DNA from: a candidate division FCPU426 bacterium
Lineage (GTDB): Bacteria > Oederibacteriota > Muellerivitia > Muellerivitales > Muellerivitaceae
NCBI GenBank assembly: GCA_963738405.1
Contig: CAVTWJ010000002.1
Span: 64,001-128,000, forward strand
Length of the DNA stretch: 64,000 bases
Direction: 5' to 3'
Under the pieces are notes generated by a model that was not told where the DNA came from, made no database searches, and saw only the letters and a list, made by a program, of their open reading frames with translations. Position 1 is the first letter of the stretch. Each line of letters begins with the position of its first letter. The translations under genes were made by a program, and so were the position numbers. This document shows positions 57,468 to 64,000 of this stretch, piece by piece.

Positions 57468-58511
57468 TTATTTCCCCGGCTGGGGCCACTGATCTTTCGG
57501 TACGTCTTTATAAACGTCTTCCAACTTTTGAAATCCATCGGCGATCACCGTGCTGACCATGTTGTCCTTGGTGACAGGGATGGGATCGAGGAAATAACTG
57601 GGTACGTCCTTTTTGCCGTTGTTGGTCGTGGTGGGAGCCGGGGGCAAAGCCTGACCCTTGGCCAGCTTGACGGCGATATCCGCCGCCTCAGCGGCCAAAA
57701 ATTTCACAGGTTTGTAAACGGTCATGGTTTGGGTGCCCGCCACGATACGCTGACAGCCGGCCAGTTCGGCGTCCTGCCCCGAAACGACCACCTTGCCCGC
57801 CAAGCCTTGCTCCGTCAAGGCCTGGATGTCCCCGCCCGCCGTGCCGTCGTAAGAATCCACCACCGCGTCCACCTTGTTGTTGTTCATGGTCAATATGTTT
57901 TCCATCTTCTTCAAAGCGTTGACCGCCAGCCAATCATCCGCCCATTGATCGCCCACGATCTTGATGTCGCCTTTCTTCACCAGCGGGTCCAGCACGATCC
58001 GCTGGCCCTTTCGAAAAAGAATCGCGTTGTAGTCGGTGGGCGCACCGCCCATGAGCACGTAATTGCCCTTGGGGCGCAAGTTGACGAGGGAGGAGGCCTG
58101 TAGTTCCCCGACCTTGATGTTATCGAAGGACACATAGGCGTCCACGTCCGAATCGAGAACGAGCCGGTCGTAGGAAAGTACGGGAACGCCCATCTTGTGG
58201 GCTTCATCCACAATCGTGGCGCAGCTTTTGGCGTTGTGGGGGATCACCACCAGGCACTTAATGCCCTGGGTGAGGAGATTTTCGGCCTGCGAATTCTGAA
58301 GGGTGTCGTTGGAATCGGCGCATTGAACCAGCACCTCGATTCCCTGGGCGTTGCACTTGGCCGTGAGGATGTCCCGGTCCTGGGCCCAGCGAGCAGCTCG
58401 GAGGGTATCCATGGAAAGGCCGATCTTGGTGTCGTAATGGGGCTTGGAAGCGCACCCCGACAGAAATCCCGCGGTCGCGAGCAAGGCCAAAATAGCTTTC
58501 GAAGATTTCAT
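57468..58511 (-). CDS. Second XylF-like sugar-binding lipoprotein (orphan paralog)
   Basis: Lipobox LSGC; high visible similarity to 45181..46188. Confidence 0.88.
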   Translation of the reverse strand: MKSSKAILALLATAGFLSGCASKPHYDTKIGLSMDTLRAARWAQDRDILTAKCNAQGIEVLVQCADSNDTLQNSQAENLLTQGIKCLVVIPHNAKSCATIVDEAHKMGVPVLSYDRLVLDSDVDAYVSFDNIKVGELQASSLVNLRPKGNYVLMGGAPTDYNAILFRKGQRIVLDPLVKKGDIKIVGDQWADDWLAVNALKKMENILTMNNNKVDAVVDSYDGTAGGDIQALTEQGLAGKVVVSGQDAELAGCQRIVAGTQTMTVYKPVKFLAAEAADIAVKLAKGQALPPAPTTTNNGKKDVPSYFLDPIPVTKDNMVSTVIADGFQKLEDVYKDVPKDQWPQPGK

Positions 58512-58535
58512 TTTTTCCTCTTTAAATGATTTGTC

Positions 58536-58675
58536 TGTCATCGCGAGGAGCCGCCCCAATCGGGGTGGTTGGCGACGCGGCGATCCCAGTTCACATTTCT
58601 CTTTTTAAGACATATTCAAACTGAGATTGCCACGTCATAAACATCCCCTATTCGGGGATATTCCTCGCAATGACA
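58536..58675. repeat. Palindromic REP/MITE-like element GTCATCGCGAGG...CCTCGCAATGAC, copy 2
   Basis: First ~30 nt identical to the copy at 22141. Confidence 0.8.
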
Positions 58676-58676
58676 G

Positions 58677-60929
58677 CTACTTCACTTCAATCGGGCCCAG
58701 CGGGCCATCATATAAACCAGCGCCCCCCGTCATGTTATAGACACGGATGGCAATCACGTTGTCTTCCCCAAAACGAATGGCCGAAGCCGGAACCTCGTAA
58801 TGGCGTTCCTGGTTCCAGGCGGTTTGGGCGTTGGGCGGCAGGCCCCCCATATGACCGATTTCTTCACCGTTCCAATAGGTGGCGTCCGCATCGTCAATCT
58901 TGCCAAAGGGGATCAGGAGGGAATGCCCTTTCCATTCCGCCGGAATATAGAGGTGCTTCCGGTACCAGCCGTAGCAATTTTCGCATTTATAGCCTTGGTC
59001 TTCCCACTTCGCCGGTAACTTTACCTTGTCCCAGGCCTGGTCGTCAAAACCCGGATTTTGCCAGGCGAGATCATCCCCTTTGGAAAAAAGCCATTCACCC
59101 GTGAGGTCAATGGAGGGCAAGGCCACTTGCCATTGGAAAGAAACGTTGGTGGTCGGCCCTTGAGGAAGATACATAAAACTCGCCGTATTAATACCAGCCT
59201 TGGGATTCTCGTAGGAAAAGTTGAAAGATTGGAGGGATTTCCCTCCGACCGTCACTGGTTTTGAATCCACCTTTTCACCGTCAACCGCAAACTCAACCTC
59301 TTTAACCATTTCGTTTGGGTCGTAGTTTTGGATAAACCCTCCGACGGTTAAACTGTTCCCCTGGACTTGGGGTTTGACACCGCCCATGAGAAACCCGCTT
59401 AATTCCAACTTATAAACTATGGGATCACTTCCCGCTTTGGCGGGCGGAGAAAGAACCAAGGCCTGGCTTTGGCGGTCCCACTTCATTTCTTCCGCAGAGC
59501 CAAGCAAAGATACCTTTTTAATTTCCAGGTCAGGACAGGCAATAAGGCCCAAATGAGCGAGGGTTAAAGGTTTGGTAGGCGGCACCATGCAAAAGACGTA
59601 AAGAACATTTCCCTTTCGGGTATATCGCACATCCCCTTCCTGGTACTTCACGTCCATCTCGCTAAACTTTCCTCCTTCAACGTTTGTGGGACCCTCACCA
59701 AAGGTCACCCAGGGACGAGTTCCATAGATGGCCTCGCCGTTCACTTTCAACCAATCGCCAATTTGAAGAAGAATCTTTTCTTGTTCTTCCGGAATGGTGC
59801 CGTCAGGCTTGGGCCCGATATCCAAAAGCAGGTTCCCATTACGGCTCACCGTGTCGATGAGGGTGCGGATCAAGTATCCCGCGTCTTTGAGCGAGTCGTC
59901 GTTTAGGTAGGCCCATGACCGCCAGCTCACCGAGGTGTCTGTTTGCCAGGGCACCGGATTAATACCGGGAAGTTTTCCCTTTTCCACATCCTGAACCGAG
60001 GCGCCCGGCACGAAGGCTTTGTCCTTGGTGTTCAGGACCACACCTTCCTTCCATTGCGCCGCACGGTCGTAATAGTAGGCGGCGAATTTACGAACATAGG
60101 GATCGAATACAGGCTTCTCGCCGATCCACCAGTCGAAATACACCAATTGAGGGTGATATTTGTCCACCAACTCGGTAGAACGGGCCAGCCAATTGTTCAG
60201 GTACTCGTCATTGGGCGCCGTATCATCCGGCTGGGCAGGGCCGTAAAAATCGGCGTACTTGGGGTTTTGGACGTCTGAATCAAATTTCATGCCCCCATTC
60301 ATGAACCACCAATGTTCCGCCCGGTGGGAGGAAAGCCCGAAAACCAACCCTTGGGATCGCACCGCCTTGGCCAATTCACCGATCACGTCCCTCTTGGGGC
60401 CCATCTTTTTCGCCGTCCATTTCGAAAAACCGGAGTCATACATGGCGAACCCATCATGGTGCTCGGCCACCGGCACCACATACTTCGCCCCCGCTTCTTT
60501 AAATACTTTCGCCCAGTGGGCTGGATCGAATTTCTCAGCCTTGAAGAGGGGGATAAAATCCTTATAGCCGAACTTGGATTGGTCGCCATAAGTGGCCAAG
60601 TGATGCTTGAAGGCATCATCGCCCTGCTGGTACATGTTTCGGGAATACCACTCATTGGCGTAAGCGGGCACCGAATAGAGACCCCAATGGATGAAGATGC
60701 CGAATTTGGCGTCCCGGTACCAACCGGGCGCTTGGTAACCCTTGAGGGATTCCCATTGATCCTTGAAAGCATCGGCCCGGATAACCGAATCAACCTTCTT
60801 CACTTGGCTTTTCACTTTTTTCTGGGTATCGGATGATTCCCACTTGAGATCCTCGGAAAAGGCCTTTAGGGGAATGGCCATGCAAACCACCGCAAGGATA
60901 AAAAAGTTTTTCGCTCGCTGAAACTTCAT
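58677..60929 (-). CDS. Alpha-L-fucosidase, GH29, with C-terminal jelly-roll domain
   Basis: WYRDAKFGIFIHWGLYSVP, VAEHHDGF, YFDWW, SRNGNLLLDIGP, WLKVNGEAIYGTRPW; signal peptide from ATG 60929. Confidence 0.92.
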   Translation of the reverse strand: MKFQRAKNFFILAVVCMAIPLKAFSEDLKWESSDTQKKVKSQVKKVDSVIRADAFKDQWESLKGYQAPGWYRDAKFGIFIHWGLYSVPAYANEWYSRNMYQQGDDAFKHHLATYGDQSKFGYKDFIPLFKAEKFDPAHWAKVFKEAGAKYVVPVAEHHDGFAMYDSGFSKWTAKKMGPKRDVIGELAKAVRSQGLVFGLSSHRAEHWWFMNGGMKFDSDVQNPKYADFYGPAQPDDTAPNDEYLNNWLARSTELVDKYHPQLVYFDWWIGEKPVFDPYVRKFAAYYYDRAAQWKEGVVLNTKDKAFVPGASVQDVEKGKLPGINPVPWQTDTSVSWRSWAYLNDDSLKDAGYLIRTLIDTVSRNGNLLLDIGPKPDGTIPEEQEKILLQIGDWLKVNGEAIYGTRPWVTFGEGPTNVEGGKFSEMDVKYQEGDVRYTRKGNVLYVFCMVPPTKPLTLAHLGLIACPDLEIKKVSLLGSAEEMKWDRQSQALVLSPPAKAGSDPIVYKLELSGFLMGGVKPQVQGNSLTVGGFIQNYDPNEMVKEVEFAVDGEKVDSKPVTVGGKSLQSFNFSYENPKAGINTASFMYLPQGPTTNVSFQWQVALPSIDLTGEWLFSKGDDLAWQNPGFDDQAWDKVKLPAKWEDQGYKCENCYGWYRKHLYIPAEWKGHSLLIPFGKIDDADATYWNGEEIGHMGGLPPNAQTAWNQERHYEVPASAIRFGEDNVIAIRVYNMTGGAGLYDGPLGPIEVK

Positions 60930-61335
60930 GGATGCCCCTTGAGAAATGGATTCTCCCCGCCGACCCCTGCTCGAAGAACACCATTTAAACGCAAACAAAT
61001 CATTCCATGCTCCTTTTTTTCAAGGAACCCATTCCATCCAAAAAGAATCCAAACAAATCAGTTAAACGAGGAAGAAAATGAAACAGACCGAAACCTTTTC
61101 AATCCTTTTTCAGTGCCAACCAGAATTTTCACGGGGCACCTCCGCCCTTTTCATCAAAGCCCTTTTCTCTTGGTTAAAGAGGGGCTTTACTTCATTCCAC
61201 GGTATCTTCTTTGGTGGTATGATTAATTCGTTTTGGCGTACTTGAAGCAAATCTCAACCCCGCCCAATGAGTAAATCGATCAGGGCCTAACGGGGCTGTT
61301 GAAATCCGGCGCAAGACCATCCGCGGAGGAAAATA

Positions 61336-63744
61336 ATGGGACGTTTGAAGAAATTGATTTATGTGGCTGAAGCCAGCATCCTGATCGCCGCCGTTATTGT
61401 CGGCTGTACCAGAAACCTCCCTCCCCTAGCGCCAACTCAAATATTGCCCGAGCCCGGTGTTTGGAACATTGTCTTCGGCCCTCCCTCCAGCACCTCTACG
61501 AATGTCACGATTACCCAATCCGGAAACAACGTAACCGTGACCGGCAACATCGGCGGAACCCCCATTACCCTGACCGGAACGGTCTCGGGCAATAACATCA
61601 ACTTAACCAACGGCAGCAGCATGACCATTACCGGAACCCTCTCAGGCACCCAAACGACCGGAACCTCTATTTCGGGCAATTACACCTCCACCGGTATTCC
61701 CACAATCTCCAGCGGAACCGCGACTGGAACTTTCGTCGGCCCCATCACCAACACACCCACCACCAGCCCGACCCCGTCCGTGACGGCGACAACCACCCGA
61801 ACCCCCACAGGAACTTCAACCGCCACCCCAAGCGGGCCTACCAACACCCCAACTTCATCTTCAACACCCACCAGCACGGGAACCCCCACTTTGACTGCCA
61901 CCGTTACCAACTCCCCGACGGACACCCCCACTTTAACTATTACGGATACTCCAACTGTCACGAACAGCCCCACCGTGACGCCAAGTCCCACGGTCACCGA
62001 TTCACCCACCGTGACTTCTTCGCCGACTGACACTTTGTCCGTTACGTCAACGGGCACGGACACCCCGACCCAGCAAAACACTTCTACTTCGACATCTACC
62101 GGCACTCCCACTTTGACCAGCACTCCAGGTGTCACCTTGACGCCCTACGCCAACGTCACCCCCTGCGCCTCGAGCCCTTCGACTTTCCAAACGAATTACG
62201 ACTTCACCAACGGGATTCAATGCTGGACAGCGAAGGTGGATACCGGGACCAATTACATCACCGGATTCGGTACGACGAGCCTGGTCCAATACACAGGGCA
62301 AAGCGTACTGGCGGTATCCGTCAGCAACCCCACCGGGAGCCCGGTGACGGTCTCCATTGATTTCATAGAGGCCACCTCAGCGGCCGAAGTCCTGACCGGC
62401 GGGAGCGTCACGGCCTACGCCAGGATCGATTCGAACTTGACGGTCGCCGGCCCCCAAGCCCAGATCTATAGCATCGGCGGCGCCCCCGGATACGGTTATG
62501 ACGACTCCAACAACAATTGGCCGTCGGTTACTTCCTCAGGCTGGGCCCAAATCATTGAAAACGGCGTGGGGAACGCGAATTCCCAACAACTCGGGGTGCA
62601 GGTGTATAACGTCGCGGTCCCCGCCAACTCCTCGGGCAACATTTACCTTGCCGACGTGTCCCTAAATATTCCACCGGCTTCGACTCCCACCATGACCCCC
62701 AGTCCGACCGTCACAAGTACCCCGGGCGGGCCTACAGCCACCGCCACAAGCACCACGGTGAGTTCCGGTTGCACCCTTCTTTATGACTGCCAAGCCTTGG
62801 TGGAAAACAACTACAGTTGGGCGGCCGGGGCCAACGCCGCCATCAGTACGTCCTCGACATGGCATACCTACGGAACCCAGTCCATTGATTGCAATGTGAC
62901 GACGGGCAACACCTGGTGCAAGATCGCCAACATCAACAGCTTCTTCCCGATTTCAACCACCGGCATGACTCAAATCATCGCGGATGTGGATGTGGATGCC
63001 TCCATGGTTACCGGCAACGGCGGGTATGACCAATTGGTCTTGCAAACCAATGCAGGAAACACGTTAGCCACGGCTGCAATCGGACTTGCGGCAGGTGCAC
63101 AATCAGTCACTTTCACGGTCTCAGGAAGTGTTGCAGCGTCCATCAACGATTATGAGTTCATCTATCAATCCGGAGGAACCCCGACTGGAAATATCTACCT
63201 AGATAATATCCAGGTGGTCTTTACTGGCGCCTGTCCCACGCCGGTGCCTGATACTTATATCCAAGGTTGGAACTTCGAGGGTAATTCCCTCACGGATACC
63301 GTCGGCACTTGGGTCACGATCGGCGGCGCGGACCTCGGAATGAATTTGCTAGTCACACAACCGGGCGACTTAAGTAGTTATTGCGCCGATGTTACGGCCA
63401 ACTTTACGGCCGCCAACCAAACAGCTGGGATGATTATGGTCCCAGGCACCGCCATTGACGGGTCCTCTTTTACCGGAATCCGGGCTAGCTTTTGGATCGA
63501 TTCATCTTGCGCCCCCGGCCAGTACCCCAGCGGGGAGATTCAATTGGGAGATGGAACCAATTACCCCTCGAGTCCTTGGACCAATCTGACTCTGGGAGGA
63601 TGGACGACCATTACTTATCCAGTGTCAAGCTGGGGAACATTTACCACATCGAACATCAATATGGTTAAGGTGTTTGTGAACCTAGGCGGAGCCTCCGCGT
63701 TTGGTTCCGGCCATGTGAAATTCGATAACATCGAATTTTATTGA
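61336..63744 (+). CDS. Large surface lipoprotein with long Thr/Pro/Ser stalk and three CBM-like beta-sandwich modules
   Basis: SD GGAGG; lipobox IVGC; long TPT repeat tract; modules ending GNIYLADV, GNIYLDNI, GHVKFDNIEFY. Confidence 0.8.
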   Translation: MGRLKKLIYVAEASILIAAVIVGCTRNLPPLAPTQILPEPGVWNIVFGPPSSTSTNVTITQSGNNVTVTGNIGGTPITLTGTVSGNNINLTNGSSMTITGTLSGTQTTGTSISGNYTSTGIPTISSGTATGTFVGPITNTPTTSPTPSVTATTTRTPTGTSTATPSGPTNTPTSSSTPTSTGTPTLTATVTNSPTDTPTLTITDTPTVTNSPTVTPSPTVTDSPTVTSSPTDTLSVTSTGTDTPTQQNTSTSTSTGTPTLTSTPGVTLTPYANVTPCASSPSTFQTNYDFTNGIQCWTAKVDTGTNYITGFGTTSLVQYTGQSVLAVSVSNPTGSPVTVSIDFIEATSAAEVLTGGSVTAYARIDSNLTVAGPQAQIYSIGGAPGYGYDDSNNNWPSVTSSGWAQIIENGVGNANSQQLGVQVYNVAVPANSSGNIYLADVSLNIPPASTPTMTPSPTVTSTPGGPTATATSTTVSSGCTLLYDCQALVENNYSWAAGANAAISTSSTWHTYGTQSIDCNVTTGNTWCKIANINSFFPISTTGMTQIIADVDVDASMVTGNGGYDQLVLQTNAGNTLATAAIGLAAGAQSVTFTVSGSVAASINDYEFIYQSGGTPTGNIYLDNIQVVFTGACPTPVPDTYIQGWNFEGNSLTDTVGTWVTIGGADLGMNLLVTQPGDLSSYCADVTANFTAANQTAGMIMVPGTAIDGSSFTGIRASFWIDSSCAPGQYPSGEIQLGDGTNYPSSPWTNLTLGGWTTITYPVSSWGTFTTSNINMVKVFVNLGGASAFGSGHVKFDNIEFY

Positions 63745-63771
63745 GCGAATTTTAAATCTAGATTTCTTTTC

Positions 63772-63803
63772 AAGCGGCTCCGTCCAAAGCGGGGCCGCTT
63801 TTT
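63772..63803 (+). terminator. Intrinsic terminator
   Basis: AAGCGGCTCCG-TCCAAAG-CGGGGCCGCTT-TTT. Confidence 0.8.
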
Positions 63804-63858
63804 GTTTAAGGCCTGTTCTTTTTAAGACGTTGATTTTTCCTATATCTTTGGAGTCCCG

Positions 63859-64000
63859 ATGATTACCTTTAACCCTTCCTCTAAAACCTTTCGCCTAGAC
63901 GGCCAAAACTCCACCACCCTTTTGGCGGTCAACCCCCTGAGGGGGCTGGGCCACCTCCATTGGGGTTCTCCCCTTTCAAACGATGAAGAAGCAAAACTGG
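63859..64000 (+). CDS. N-terminus of a probable GH36 alpha-galactosidase (runs off the window)
   Basis: Manual translation MITFNPSSKTFRLDGQNSTTLLAVNPLRGLGHLHWGSPL resembles the GH36 N-terminal pattern; GGAG upstream; not in the ORF track. Confidence 0.6.
   Translation, partial: MITFNPSSKTFRLDGQNSTTLLAVNPLRGLGHLHWGSPLSNDEEAKL

Noticed and set aside
61230..61335. c-di-GMP-type riboswitch in the leader of the 61336 gene
   Set aside because: Only a GGGCCTAA fragment resembles the motif and the other conserved elements are not in order; an Rfam scan would settle it
61740..62150. Thr/Pro tract as a DNA tandem repeat or VNTR
   Set aside because: Codons vary; the repetition is at protein level (linker), not an exact DNA repeat

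Overview
A 64-kb chromosomal window from a diderm bacterium: it encodes a secretin, lipoproteins and outer-membrane barrel-like proteins. The lineage cannot be assigned from the sequence alone. Bases 1-19.1 kb are mostly housekeeping and envelope genes. They include the end of a Tad/T2SS-type secretin, a TadZ/CpaE-TadA/CpaF fusion ATPase, thrS-infC(AUU start, L20-leader-like RNA)-rpmI-rplT-trmH-like-pheS with no adjacent pheT, tRNA-Val/Cys/Gly, rmlBAC, DUF4301, and an ExeA-like ATPase next to a large TPR/charged-helix protein. Bases 19.4-64 kb form one large plant-glycan locus whose enzyme set matches fucogalacto-xyloglucan. It holds GH44, GH31, GH2, GH29, a SASA/CE20-like esterase, a GH26-like unknown, a partial GH36, xylA/xylB, galK plus a nucleotidyltransferase, xylFGH, a second XylF and an orphan solute-binding protein. 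No SusC/SusD or TonB-dependent receptor is visible. Instead, three tandem large proteins have an SLH-like N-terminus, a coiled coil and a predicted beta-barrel ending in Phe. They are flanked by lipoproteins with galactose-binding-like (CBM-like) modules and a LacI regulator, and an identical 16-bp candidate operator occurs twice. This is the best candidate for an undescribed system. Non-coding structure includes a 12-unit phased TTCACCGG array (alternating 22/20 bp) and three families of palindromic intergenic repeats; one repeat arm also sits in-frame inside the GH31 gene. All functional calls come from motif recognition, not database searches.
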